Assembly: GCF_009914755.1 (NCBI RefSeq)
Contig: NC_060926.1
Source of the DNA: the human T2T-CHM13v2.0 reference genome, Homo sapiens
Reading direction: 5' to 3' (one strand)
Length of the DNA: 64,000 nucleotides
A program made the translations under genes and the position numbers. The notes beneath the pieces were generated by a model. It was not told the origin of the DNA. It saw only the letters and a program-made list of their open reading frames with translations, and ran no database searches. The first letter of the stretch is position 1; every line of letters starts with the position of its first letter. Below are positions 22,139 to 37,317 of the stretch, in pieces.

Positions 22139-22779
22139 GGCGCAGGACTTTACTCCCGCTTAGTTGATTTCAGGCTCGTGTTAGCCTGGGTGTTGCCCTT
22201 GCCATCTTCCCCCCTCACCTTTGCCGCCTGACTGTCATGATTCCAGTGCTTCTGGGCAAAACGGTGTCTGCTCCCAAGGGCTGGGGTGCGGTCGGCTGGG
22301 CTCACTTGTGTGTCCTGATGCCCAGCCCAGGGGCGTCCTCTGGGCGAATGGCAGCTGTGTGGTGCCATCTCTGTTGACTGAGGCATGATCAAGTGTGCGT
22401 CCTTCCTAGGTCTCTGCCTGCCATTCCTGCATTTTTCTAAGTGGACTGTGACAGTCAGCTCCCTTACATTCTGCCGCAGTAACAAGCAATCCCCAGGCCC
22501 CAGGGACCACACGAACAGAGGCTCACCCTCCCTCGCGTTCCGTGTGGGTGATCGCTGTGGCTGCATGTGCTCCTGTGGCTTCCAGTCCAGGGGCCCGGGC
22601 TGAGGCAGCTGCCCAGCCAGTCAGTCTGTTTTCCCAGCAGAAAGAGCAGGACAGCCGCCGGGGATTCTCTCAGCTTCTGCTTGAGATGGGGCGGGAACGT
22701 GAGCCCAACTGCCCTTGGTGGTGCGGGTGGGGACCCTCATCCCGCACTGGCTGCTTTGCTGGAGTGGCAGTCAGTCATG

Positions 22780-23025
22780 CAGCCCCCACACCACCCCCAG
22801 GAGGGCGACCCTGGCACCCCAGCCTCCACACATCAGCCCCCATGCCCCCACAAAGGAAGGCTGCCCCCAACACCCCCAACCTCTCTACCAGCCCCCATGC
22901 CACCCCCAGGGCGGGCCGTCCTCCATGCCCCCAGCCTCTGCACATCATCCCCCACGCCACCCCCAGGGCGGACTGTCCCCAACGCCCCCAGCCTCTGCAC
23001 ATCAGTCCCCAGCCCCTCCACAGCC
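22780..23025. repeat. Diverged C-rich tandem repeat, about 60-bp unit x4
   Basis: ccccagcctctgcacatca...ccatgccacccccaggg recurring. Confidence 0.6.
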
Positions 23026-23301
23026 TGGTCCAGTCCTAGACCTGTGCCTTGAACATTAATGCCCAGAGCCGGGTTCATGACCAGGACAGGGCCGAATGGG
23101 GCTGGTTCTGTGTTCACAAAGTCACCTCCAGACGCTTCCTGGGACGGGTTCAGGAGACGCCTTGTGTGTCTGTCACCTCGTTCTGGCTCATGCTCGACGG
23201 GTAGGTAATCTGGCCTTTGTTTTCTGCAGATAGCAAAACGACCCTTTCTTAGGTGTGCGGCTCGATGAGTTGACCCGGATATGCGGTTGTGTGCAGTTGC
23301 T

Positions 23302-23520
23302 CTGAGGCTTTTCTGTGCTGTTGTCCGGTGTTGGCGAGGCTCTGGGCAGGTCCTGAGGCTTTTCTCTGCTGTTGTCCGGTGTTGGCGAGGCTCTGGGCAG
23401 GTCTGGGCAGGTCCTGAGGCTTTTCTCTGCTGTTGTCCAGCATTGGCGAGGCTCTGGGCAGGTCCTGAGGCTTTTCTCTGCTGTTGTCCGGTGTTGGCGA
23501 GGCTCTGGGCAGGTCCTGAG
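23302..23520. repeat. Minisatellite, 51-bp unit x4
   Basis: ctgaggcttttctctgctgttgtccggtgttggcgaggctctgggcaggtc. Confidence 0.9.
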
Positions 23521-24384
23521 CCATTCTGCTTTCCACTCTGTGGTCTTTCCCTTCTGGGAGCCCTGGGTTTTTGGACATGTTGAGACAATGGGGCTTGCGC
23601 AGGTCCAGCCGCTGCCGCGGGGGCCCTGTGTTCAACGGGGGACACTCAGCCCTGCCCAGGCCCCGCTGTAGCCTCAGCCCACCCGAGTGGAAGCCACACT
23701 GGTCGCACCAGATGCCCCGGGCTCCTCTGAGTAGTGACCACGGCGGGTCTCATTGGCACTGCCTATCCACCCGTCACGTGTCATTCAGTTAGCAAACCTG
23801 CTAGGGAGATGCCTCCTGTGCCCTGTGCCTGCCGGGCGACAGCAGTGACCAGGGCGGGAGAAGCCTTGCCCCATAAACTCACGCAGCAGAAGGAACAAGC
23901 TCAGCCCATGGCCCCTCAGAGCCAGGAAGCGCCGGGGAGGAGGGCAGGGCCAGGCAGGGTCATGGGGTGTGCCGGGGAGTGCCGGGAGGGCCGGAAAGAT
24001 GACCCTGAGGGGTCATTTCAGCAAAGACGGGGTGTGGGGAGCAGAACGTCTGGTGCAGGAGCACCAAGACCCTGAGGGGCGCGTGCCTGCCATGTTCTAG
24101 AACCTTCCAGAGATGGTGGGTGTGGAGCTGAGTGACTGAGGCGTGAGCAGACAAGGGTAGAGCCCATCTTGTGGCCACGGGGACACATGGGGCGGCCGGT
24201 CTGATGAGGAGGTAAGAAGGCCTCACAGGCAGCCGATGCCCGCCAGACCATGGAGGCGAAAGCCGGCCTCGCAGCCGTGCCCGTGCGGCTGTGACGAAGG
24301 GACCGTAGGAGGGGCTCTTGCTCAGGGCAGGGCGTGACCCAAGGGTCTGATCTGACCGAACTAGCTCTAGAAGTTTGTAAAAGG

Positions 24385-24924
24385 GGCCGGGCACGGTGGC
24401 TCATGCTGTAATCCCAGAGCTTTGGGAGGCTGAAGCAGGAGGATCACTTGAGCCCAGGAGTTTGAGACGAGCCTGGGCAACATCGGGAGACTTCAAAAAA
24501 ACAAAAAATTGATGGTGGGGAAATGCGGGAATTTTGGGCGCCGGCCGGATTCCCAGTGGTGGCGAGGAGGTGGTATTTTTTTAAGTGTCAGTGTGGCATT
24601 GTGGTTGCCTCAATAAAACAGAGTCTTTTTTTGTCTTTTTTTTTTGAGACAGGGTCTCGCTCTCACCCAGGCTGGAGTGCAGTGACACAGTTGCAGCTCA
24701 CTGCAGCCTCGACCTCCTGGGCTCAAGCAATCCTCCCGCCTCAGCCTCCCGAGTAGCTGAGTCTACAGGTGCCCACCACCAAACCCAGCTGATTTTTATT
24801 GTTTTTAAGAGACGGGGTCTCCCTGTGTGGCTCAGGCTGGTCTGAAACTCCTGGGCTCAAGTGATCCTCCTGCCTCAGCCTCCCAAAGCTCTGGGAATAC
24901 AGGCGTGAGCCACTGCGCCCGGCC
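24385..24924. mobile_element. Inverted Alu pair: monomer (+, 24385-24508) and AluJ (-, 24626-24924)
   Basis: Alu consensus sequence in opposite orientations. Confidence 0.8.
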
Positions 24925-25188
24925 AAGTGTTTCTCTTAGAATTTCCTGAAATGATAGGGTCTCTGGAGGGGCAGGTGCTGGGCTTGAGCCCTGGGTAGGA
25001 CCCTGCAGGGGAGAGGTGGTCCTGCAGCCCACAGAGGATGGCTCTGTCCTGTTCCTCATGGTGCAGATCTCCACAATGGAAGTTCGAAGCAAGCAAAAGC
25101 CACGCAAACCACAGGCCGATCTGTCTGAGCCCTAGGATTTGGCCCGGTTCTGCTTCAGCCACCAGCACCGTCTGCTCCTCCTCAGAAT

Positions 25189-25325
25189 CCTTCCTCCCCC
25201 GTGGCCCGCCCGCCGTGTCCCTCCTCCTCCACGGCCCGCCCACCGTGTCCTTCCCTCCCCCGTGGCCCACCCACCATGTCCTTCCCTCCCCTGTGGCCCA
25301 CCCGCCATGTCCCTGCCTCCCACCC
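25189..25325. repeat. C-rich tandem repeat, about 30-bp unit x4-5
   Basis: ccttccctccccYgtggcccRcccRccRtgt recurring. Confidence 0.75.
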
Positions 25326-25593
25326 GACATGCCCCTTGAGCTGCCTGGGCCCTGCTGTTGTCCCCACTGCCTGTGTGACTCTGCGCCCCCTTCCCTACCC
25401 TGCCCCACCCTGGTTCAGGGAGCGTCCAGGCCCATTCTCATCCTCAGGGCCTTCCCTGGCCCTTGCCACTCTGTGCCGTGTCATGACCTGAAGCTGCAGG
25501 TGGGCGCCTCCCCCTTCCGTCATGGCTGTCCCCCTTCTGTGAGGTGTCCCAGCCGCCTGATTGCCGGAGTCCCAGGGTGCTCGGTGCTGTCGT

Positions 25594-25766
25594 GGAGCCT
25601 GGGACATTCACTGTCTGGGATTGATTCCAGGGTTGGAGCCACACCTGGTCTGGGGCATTCGCTGTCCTGGGTCAGAGCCCCTCCTGGTCTGGGACATTCG
25701 CTGTCTGGGGTTGGAGCCACACCTGGTCTGGGGCATTTGCTGTCCGGGGTCGGAGCCTCACCTGGT
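25594..25766. repeat. Tandem repeat, about 40-bp unit x3-4 upstream of exon 9
   Basis: ggagccacacctggtctggggcattcgctgtc recurring. Confidence 0.75.
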
Positions 25767-25870
25767 GAAGATACAGAACATGCTGCTGCCCTAACCCCGT
25801 GTGGTGTGCCCCCTGTCCCCGGGTGTCGTTCCCATAGCCAGCCCTTGTCTCATCTCGTCTCATCCTCTAG

Positions 25871-26128
<258 letters not shown>

Positions 26129-26417
26129 TGACCATGGTCTCTGGCTTAGCATATCTCCCGTAGACACTGGCAGGACCACGGTGTCTGACAGGGAAGGGAA
26201 AATCCTAATCGTTGTCATGACTCGTTTTGAGTATTTTGGAAAAGACTGCCATCGTGCACTTGTAATGGCAGAGCGCATGGCTCAGCTTGTCAGAACGTTC
26301 TGGGATCTTCAGTGGCATGCAGGGTTGGAGGGCATCAGCCTTAACCCCGGAGTCCGGGATGCGGGTCTCAGGGGCTCCTCTCACAGGGCCCGGCCCCGAG
26401 GCCTTTGCAGTGCTTAG

Positions 26418-26883
<466 letters not shown>

Positions 26884-27089
26884 TAAAAGGCCAGCTTATA
26901 GGGCAGGGGTGGGGGCAGTGCTGGGGGTGTGGAGCATGGCTTTGGGGCCTGACAGATATTCACTCTGGCTTCTTCCCTGGCCTGGTGGCACTGGAGTCAC
27001 TGACCTGAAGCCTCCATCCATCTGCCAGTAAATGGGATTCAGGTGCCACCTCTGTGGTTACAGGAGGGTCTAGGGTTGTGTACGTGACG

Positions 27090-27290
27090 ACAATAACACG
27101 TATTACTTACGAAGGTCCCGTGCTGTCCCAGGCATTATTCTAAGCACTTGATGTGGAGAAACTTCTCTGCACAACAGCTTTTAGGACTGGTGGTGTTGCT
27201 TCCCTTTTACACACATGTAAACAGGTTCAGAGAATTTAAGTAACTTGCCCAAAGTTGCCCAGCCTGTGGAGGGGTACATCTGGAGGATTT
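27090..27290 (-). mobile_element. MIR fragment
   Basis: aggttcagagaatttaagtaacttgcccaaag MIR core. Confidence 0.6.
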
Positions 27291-27340
27291 GACATAGGAT
27301 GGATGGTAATCTTCTGTGATAGGAAGGCAGGACTCCTGAA

Positions 27341-27573
27341 TGGGAAGGGGGTAAGGGCATGATGAGTGTGTCATCATCCAGAGAAGAGGGGTACGGGAGC
27401 CCCAGTATTTCAGAATATGGGAAGGGGGTAAGGGCATGATGAGTGTGTCATCATCCAGAGAAGAGGGGTACGGGAGCCCCAATATTTCAGAATATGGGAA
27501 GGGGTTAAGGGCATGATGAGTGTGTCATCATCCAGAGAAGAGGGGTACGGGATCCCCAATATTTCAGAATATG
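27341..27573. repeat. Tandem repeat, 77-bp unit x3
   Basis: tgggaagggggtaagggcatgatgagtgtgtcatcatccagagaagaggggtacggg... at 27341, 27418 and 27495. Confidence 0.92.
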
Positions 27574-27696
27574 ACCTCAAGCCAGGAGGAGGCTTCCTCC
27601 TCTCCAGGTAACTTCAGTCTCTCTTGGCCACAGATAAAGCAGACCATCTTGGTGAGAAATGGAATGAGCCCTCTGTTACTTTGTAAAAGCAAGAAT

Positions 27697-27997
<301 letters not shown>

Positions 27998-28786
27998 GCA
28001 AGAATGAATGTTGAATTTTTAAAATGTGTTTCCTGCATCTGTCATGGTGACCGGGTGCTTGTCTGCCTGTAATCAGTGTGGTAAGTTACACTGATTGATC
28101 CCTCTGGAGTCAGATGAGTCTGTGTTTCTGGGGTAGGCCCAAGGTGGCCATGATCCTTTCTGTATCTTGCTGGATGAGTTTGTTTATGTTTGGTGTGGGA
28201 TTTTGACAGGGGTCTTGGTGGATGATTCTGTTCCACGCTGTTCCTTTCTTCTGTCCATGCTGGATTTTGGTATCAAAATCATAACATGAATATTATGCAG
28301 AACTTGCCAGTGGAGCTGTTTGGGCCTGGAGGTTTTTTTGAGGGAGTATTTTAAAATTATAGCTCAGCTTCTTCAATAGCTTTAGGACTTTCAAGCTTTC
28401 CTTTCTTCTAGATTGGTATTGCTAATTTTTTCCCATATTGGCATAAAGTTGTTCGAATATTCTTTTGTTGTCTTTTTATGTAGCATTTGTGGGATGCCCC
28501 CACACCCTTTTTTTTGGTGGGGACAGGGTCTCGCTGTCACCCAGGCTGGAGTGCAGTGGCTCACCACAGCCTCGACCTTCTGGGATCAAGCAGGCCCGCC
28601 ACCTCACACACACCAGCAGGCCTGGCTAACTAAAAAAAAATTTTTTTGTAGGCCCGGTGCAGTGGTTCACGCCTATAATCTCAGTACTTCAGGAAGCCAA
28701 GGCTGGAAGGATCACTGGAGTCCAGTAGTTCTAGACCAGCCTGGGCAACACAGTGACATCTGATCTATACCGCCCCCCGCCCCACA

Positions 28787-28791
<5 letters not shown>

Positions 28792-28842
<51 letters not shown>
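28792..28842. repeat. (TG)n microsatellite, about 25 units
   Basis: Direct read. Confidence 0.97.
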
Positions 28843-28848
<6 letters not shown>

Positions 28849-29885
28849 AGACTCATGTAGAGCCAGTTGTGTGGCCGGACCGGTCTTGAACTCCGGGGCC
28901 TCAAGCAAATGCTCCCTCCTTGGCCTCTCAAAGCCAGAGATTACAGGCGTGAGGTACTGTGCCTGGCATTATTTGCTGCTTGCATTATCATTCCTTCTTT
29001 GACCGATGAGTTATGCAGAAGTGTGTTTCTTAATTTCCAAACGTGGTGGTTTTCTAGTTATTTTAAAAATTATTGATTTCTTTTTTATTGCATTATACCC
29101 AGGAAACTTCGTCCTTATCAGATCAGATTTTTGAAACTTGATCAGTGGCAGCTTATGATCAGCCTTCGTAACTGTGGAGTGCTTGAAAAGAATGTGCTCT
29201 CTGCAGTTGCTGGAATCAGTGTTTGTACAGATCCATCAGATAGAAGTATACGTCGCGTGTTCATTCTACATCCTGCTGACCTGCCACTCCCTGAGGGAGG
29301 TGTTAGAAATCTGCTGACAACAGACTAATCTGTTCCTCCTGTAGCTTTGCCAGTTCTGGAGACGTGTTCTTAGGGGCATAGGACATGAGGTTCGTCTCTT
29401 TGTTTTGGGAAACTGAATCTCCTAACGCGATGGACTCGCTCTTTATCTCCAGCATTGCCCGCTGCCTTGGTGTCTGCTTTGTTTATTACACAGTGATGCT
29501 AACTTTCTTTTATTTAGTGTTTGCCTGATGTGTTGTTTTTCCTCCGGTTAGCTTCAGCTTTTCCATCCTTAGTGATTTAGATGTGTTTCTTGTGGACGCC
29601 CCCGGACAGGTTTCTTGCGTACTTGTTTGCCGTCTTGAATGAGAGCGTTTGGCTGCTGAGCACGTGCTGTGGCCCACTGTTTGGATTTGTCTACTTCACC
29701 CTGCTCTTTGTCTCTCACTTCTTGTCTATTTTTTCCTCTGTTTTTTGCTCTTCTGGTTTATGTTCTTTGTCATTTAGCTTTTTGCCGTTTACTAACTGTT
29801 GGTGGTCGCCCTGGCACCACAGTGGACATTTCTAGCCCTCTGGGTTTGAGGTTAATCAGAGTCACTATCTTCCTCCCAAATAATG

Positions 29886-31063
29886 TGTGATGGTGAATTC
29901 TCTGCGTCCACTTGTCTGGGCCCTGGTACCCTCGTTTGGTCAAACTCCAGTTTGGATGTTTCTGTGAAGATATTTTTTATGTGTGATTAACATTTAAATC
30001 AGTAGACGTTGAGTACAGGAGATCTCCCACCACAGTGTGGGTGGGCCTTACCCAATCAGTCGAAGGACTTCGCCACAGCGTGGGTGGGCCTTACCCAGTC
30101 GAAGGCCTTCGCCACAGCATGGGTGGGCCTTACCCAATCAGTCGAAGGACTTCGCCACAGCGTGGGTGGGCCTTACCCAATCAGTCGAAGGCCTTTGCTA
30201 CAGTGTGGGTGGGCCTTACCCAATCAGTCGAAGGACTTCGCCACAGCGTGGGTGGGCCTTACCCAATCAGTCGAAGGCCTTTGCTACAGTGTGGGTGGGC
30301 CTTACCCAATCAGTCGAAGGACTTCGCCACAGCGTGGGTGGGCCTTACCCAATCAGTCGAAGGCCTTTGCTACAGTGTGGGTGGGCCTTACCCAATCAGT
30401 CGAAGGCCTTTGCCACAGCGTGGGTGGGCCTTACCCAATCAGTCGAAGGCTTTTTGCCACAGCGTGGGTGGGCCTTACGCAATCAGTTGAAGGCTTTTTG
30501 CCACAGCGTGGGTGGGCCTTACCCAGTCAAAGGCCTTTGCCACAGCGTGGGTGGGCCTTACCCAATCAGTCAAAGGCCTTTGACACAGCGTGGGTGGGCC
30601 TTGCCCAATCAGTCGAAGTCCTTCGCCACAGTGTGGGTGGGCCTTACCCAATCAGTCGAAGTCCTTTGCCACAGTGTGGGTGGGCCTTACCCAATCAGTC
30701 GAAGGACTTCGACACAGCGTGGGTGGGCCTTACCCAATCAGTCGAAGGCCACAAGAGCAGAAATCTAAGATCTCTTAAGGAAGAGAGGATTCTGACCCAG
30801 ATGGAGACTCAAGCTGCAGCACCAGCTCCTGCTGGGATCTCCAGCCTGCTGACCTGGACTTCAGATTTTAGACTTAGCTCCCTCAGTCACATGAGTCAGT
30901 TCATTAAAATCAGTGTCTGTCATCTCCCTGTGTCTCAGTGTGTCTCTCCATCTTTCTCTCTCTGTTTGTTTCTCTAAATATGTATAATCTCACTCTTGCT
31001 CGCACTGTCTGTACACACACATCCTGCTGGTTCTGCCTCTCTGGGAGCCCTGATGGCTGCACA
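29886..31063 (+). mobile_element. MLT2 (ERVL) LTR expanded by an internal minisatellite
   Basis: Starts tgtgatggtgaatt; gattaacatttaaatcagtagac; ends cctgctggttctgcctctctgggagccctga...aca. Confidence 0.75.
30029..30752. repeat. Minisatellite, 43-bp unit x17 (intron 9)
   Basis: acagcgtgggtgggccttacccaatcagtcgaaggacttcgcc; two copies lack 4 bp. Confidence 0.97.
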
Positions 31064-31116
31064 GTGCGAGGACTTCAGGGCCCCGTCACTTTGGCTGTCG
31101 TTTACCCCCCAGTTTA

Positions 31117-31745
<629 letters not shown>

Positions 31746-31759
31746 TCAGTCACACATAA

Positions 31760-32380
<621 letters not shown>

Positions 32381-33182
32381 TGAGCCACCGCGCCCAGCCT
32401 GCTTTTTCCTTTTTGCTGCTTTCAGCTCCTTCCATTGTCTTTGGGGTTCTGCGGTTTCACTCTGGTTTGGCCGGGAGTCGGCCAGATGAGTGTTTGTTTA
32501 CCTGCCTGTTGGCCGGGTGAGTGTTTACCTGCCTGGCACTTCTTGGGCTTTGGGGTCTTGCTGGCTTTAGAAATTCCTCAGCCACCAGAGCCTCTTCAAA
32601 CACCGTTTCTCCCCTTCCTCTGTTCTCCTCTTGGAACTCAGTCCAAGCCCCCTTGTTTCTTATCGGCTGCTGCCAGGGTCCCGCCTCTCAGGTTTGGATG
32701 CTATTTGCAGTGTCTCCAGCTTGGCGTTCTCTGCCGTGTGTGATCGGCCGTCAGATCTGTCTGCTAAGGTCCACAGGCCAGCCATGATGCATTTCATCTC
32801 CGGAAGATTGGCGTGGATATTTAAAAATTGCTTGGTCAGATTTTTTGGTTTTATATTTTTGTCTCTTATTTCTTTACACATGACACGTTTGTGTTCTGTG
32901 TCTGGAAATGACAGCGTCTGAGGTGTTTGTGGGTCTGATTCTGACCTTAGCCGTGGTGGTTTGTCTTCTTGTGTGTGTGATTTTTGGCATGAGCTCATAT
33001 TCGTTAGATTTTTATCTGTAGGAATTATTTGAGGCCTGCAGGGGAGGTGGTTTGCTTCTGCAGTGGGTGGGGAGGGTGAGGGCCTGGGGCCCCGCCCGGA
33101 ACCTCTTTAATCTCCACATTCTCAGCCTTTGGGACCCGAGGCAGCGTGAGTTCCGGGTGCAGGCCGCCGTTGCTCGGGAATA

Positions 33183-33759
33183 CAGTTGGGTGTTGCTGAA
33201 TGATGGGGATGCGTCCTGAGAAATGTGTCATTAGGTGGTTTCGTTTTGTGTGAGCATCACGGAGGGCACTCACACCCAGATGGGACAGCCTCTTCCACAC
33301 CAAGGCTGTGTGGTGTAGCCATTGCCCCTAGGTGACAAACCACAGCTGTCATCCACTTAATGCCGGAAGCAGTTGTGACATAATGCTGAGTATGTGCCTG
33401 AACACAAAAGCTAATCCTAGAAAAGGGACCGTAAAAGTATGGTATAAAAGGTAAAAATGCCACACCTGCCTGGGGTGCCCATCACGAGTGGGTCTCGCGG
33501 GACTGGAGGTTGCTCTGGCGAGGCAGTGGGTGAGCGTGAGGGGTTGCGAAGGCCTAGGAGATGACCGTACTCTACTCTAGACTTTATAAATGCTGCACAC
33601 TGAGGCCACACTAAACTGATATTAACAAGTAATTGTGCTACAACATGGTGACATCGTCATTAAGGTGATGGCAGTTTTTCAGCTCCATTTTAATGTTATG
33701 GGGCCAGCATCATCTCTGTGGTCCGGGGTTGGGTGAAACGTTGTTATGAAGCGTGACTG
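33183..33759 (+). mobile_element. Tigger3 (Golem)-family non-autonomous DNA transposon
   Basis: TA|CAG...CTG|TA termini; ggggatgcgtcctgagaaatgtgtcattagg hallmark. Confidence 0.7.
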
Positions 33760-33780
33760 TATTCACATACTTTGTGGACG

Positions 33781-34092
33781 CCAGGCACGTGGCTCACACC
33801 TGTAATCTCAGCGCTTTGGGAAGCTGAGGTGGGAGGACTGCTTGAGGTCAGGAGTTCAAGACCAGCCTGGGCAACATGGTGAGACCGGCCCCCCACCCCC
33901 GACCACCCGCCGTTTCTACAAAAAAAATAATCAGCCAGGCATGGTGGTACATGCCTGCAGTCCCAGCTACTCAGGAGGCAGAGGTGGGAGGACTGACTGA
34001 GCACAGGAGGTTGAAGTGTGAGCCACGATCACTCTACTGCCCTCCGGCCTGGGTGACAGAGGGAGACCCTGTCTCAAAAAAACAAAACCAAA
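33781..34092 (+). mobile_element. AluJ-like element
   Basis: Diverged Alu consensus with A tail. Confidence 0.8.
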
Positions 34093-34287
34093 TGAACATA
34101 TTCTGTGGATGTGGTTTTTCTTCTTTCACAACCAGTCCTTCCTGGGCAAGTCCCCGGGCAGGGGATGTGTTCAGCCCTCTCTGGCCTGAGCACGCATCCG
34201 TGGGGACTGTGGGAGGGGCGGGGACTGGGGGGCGACGGGGACTGTGGGAGGGGTCCCTGCTGTACTCCCTGCCTGGGGTTTGTTCTC

Positions 34288-34790
34288 GTAGGGGTGGAGA
34301 AATAGTTTTCTGTCTACCCTTTCTAGTTCCCAGCTGGGATGGACCCTGCAGCTACAGACAGATTAACAGGAGAAATAACAGAGGCTCATGACGTGCATGT
34401 TTCACGTCTACTTGGGAGTGGCCAGGGAATGAGTGATTCTCAAAGAGCTGGCTGTGAATTCAGGCCCACGTGGCGTCTTCAACAAACAGTCAAATTTTAG
34501 GGATGTCACATGACAGGACATGGACTATGAGTCTCCAGGTGGCATCTCGGAGGAGGCAGGGAGCTGGCAGAGGACGGCAGGGCCTGAAGCTGCCTCGACC
34601 TTTGTCGGTTCTGGTGGAGGGAGGGGCCTTGCCCTTGTCAGTCATTCCTGTGCCGCTCTGAGGCAGGACCTGAGTTGGGGGAGCTTTCCTTGGATCTGCC
34701 GCTTCTCAGTTGCCTTTGTGGGAAAACAGCCCTCACCCCAACATGGCACAGTTTGGGGTGGTGCGTCCTGGTTTGCCTCTGGAGCTCCTC
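34288..34790 (-). mobile_element. Old ERV1 LTR, MER31-like
   Basis: ttttctgtctaccctt...agacagattaacaggagaaa resembles the MER31 end; boundaries approximate. Confidence 0.4.
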
Positions 34791-35287
34791 CTCGGTGTGC
34801 AGCTCTGCGTTAAAAGCCGCTGTCCTTGTCTGGGCAGCCCTTGAGCTGGTTTCTGGCTCCCTCTCCTGCTGGCCCGGAGGTGGGGCGGGGTCCTCACTTC
34901 ACTCTGACCCTGGCTGTCCCCAGCCTCTTCTCTGAGCCGTCGCCTTCTTGACCTCTGAGGTCAGAAGAGGAGGTTGTGCGTGGGGCGGGCCAGGGCCAGG
35001 GTGTGCTTGGAGAGCTGCTGCCCTGGGGGCTCAGTGTGGGCTAAGTGGACCAGAGAGGAGGCAGCTGGGAGCCAGGACTTTGTCTGCAGTGGGCACTGGC
35101 TGGGCAGCTCCAGGGGCGACACCCATGGGGGTGGGGGCGTCCAGATAGAGCTGCCCTGGGCGCCACTGCGGACCCCTCCATCCGACCAGGTGCTGGGGAT
35201 ACAGACTGGAAGACGGTCTGGACTCTTCCAGGTCAGGAGGGAGGCAGTGGCAGGCCATGCGGTAACTCAGGTGGCCGCTCTCTGCCT

Positions 35288-36037
35288 GGGGAGATGGGAG
35301 CCCCGGGCTGAGGGAGTAGGAAGAGGGGGGAGAACTTGGGGAGATGGGAGCCCCGGGCTGAGGGAGTAGGAAGAGGGGGGAGAACTTGGGGAGATGGGAG
35401 CCCCGGGCTGAGGGAGTAGGAAGAGGGGGGAGAACTTGGGGAGATGGGAGCCCCGGGCTGAGGGAGTAGGAAGAGGGGGGAGAACTTGGGGAGATGGGAG
35501 CCCCGGGCTGAGGGATTAGGAAGAGGGGGGAGAAGTTGGGGAGATGGGAGCCCCGGGCTGAGGGAGTAGGAAGAGGGGGGAGAAGTTGGGGAGATGGGAG
35601 CCCCGGGCTGAGGGAGTAGGAAGAGGGGGGAGAAGTTGGGGAGATGGGAGCCCCGGGCTGAGGGAGTAGGAAGAGGGGGGAGAAGTTGGGGAGATGGGAG
35701 CCCCGGGCTGAGGGAGTAGGAAGAGGGGGGAGAAGGTGGGGAGATGGGAGCCCCGGGCTGAGGGAGTAGGAAGAGGGGGGAGAAGGTGGGGAGATGGGAG
35801 CCCCGGGCTGAGGGAGTAGGAAGAGGGGGGAGAAGTTGGGGAGATGGGAGCCCCGGGCTGAGGGAGTAGGAAGAGGGGGGAGAAGTTGGGGAGATGGGAG
35901 CCCCGGGCTGAGGGAGTAGGAAGAGGGGGGAGAAGTTGGGGAGATGGGAGCCCCGGGCTGAGGGAGTAGGAAGAGGGGGGAGAAGTTGGGGAGATGGGAG
36001 CCCCGGGCTGAGGGAGTAGGAAGAGGGGGGAGAACTT
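35288..36037. repeat. G/purine-rich minisatellite, 50-bp unit x15
   Basis: ggggagatgggagccccgggctgagggagtaggaagaggggggagaagtt, nearly homogeneous. Confidence 0.98.
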
Positions 36038-36067
36038 GGGGAGAGAAGCAGGGAGAAGCCAAGGTAG

Positions 36068-36499
<432 letters not shown>

Positions 36500-37317
36500 C
36501 GGCCACTCCTGCTGCTGCCAAGGCCCACTGGGGGTCGGCGGGTGGCTCTCGGGCGGGGGTGTTGCGGTGGCTCTGAGGGATGAGCCGGCAGTGGGCAGGG
36601 GACCAGGCACCTGGTTGAAGGGACTGGGAGCCCGCACTGGGGAACTGCCGGACGCAGGCCCTCGGGCAGGAGCATCTGGCAGAGTGGGGGGCGTGGCAGG
36701 CACCCTCCTTTGCAGGGCGAGGTGGGGCCTCTGCAGCCATCCTGGACAGGCCGGGGTGGCGGCAGCTTTGCCCACGTGGAAGCGGGGTGGGTCTCACTTG
36801 CGTGGTGGCCCCTGGCCCCATCTTGCCTGCTGCGGCCTGGGGAGCAGGCGCTGGGTGGTGGTTCTGCCTGCTTGCTGCTCGTTCCCCGGGCATGCGTGGG
36901 CAGCGGGGGGCATGCGTGGGCAGCAGGGGGCGTGGGCAGCGGGGGCATGGGCAGGACCACGTGGGCCGTGATCGTGGGTTGCCGAGAGGACCTGAGCGCT
37001 GCGGCTCTGCTGAATGGAGCCGGGTCCCTCAGGCCGTGGACGCCCTCGGGAGGGGGGTGACTGTGGCTTGTGTCTGGACAGGAATGTGTCATTTCCCACA
37101 TCTTCTAGAGGGCTGCCAGCTGGGAAGACAGTTATCAGGGCAAGCTGTGCTCTGAGTTTCGGGTTCTGCTCCTACAAAGAACGTGCGGTGCTGCGGGCGA
37201 GGGCCCCGGCACGGACAAGGGCCACTGCAGAGTGTGTTTCTGCTCGTCAGCTGCCCTGGGCAGCGGATGGGCTGGGCGATGCAGCTGGATGCACATCTCA
37301 TTCTGTCATGAATGTCC

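Noticed and set aside
27358-27380. Box C/D snoRNA suggested by ATGATGA
   Set aside because: No box D (CTGA) with a terminal stem at a suitable distance within the unit
30029-30752. CRISPR-like look of the 43-bp array (and of the 34-, 40- and 50-bp arrays)
   Set aside because: No unique spacers and no cas genes; these are head-to-tail minisatellites in human intronic DNA
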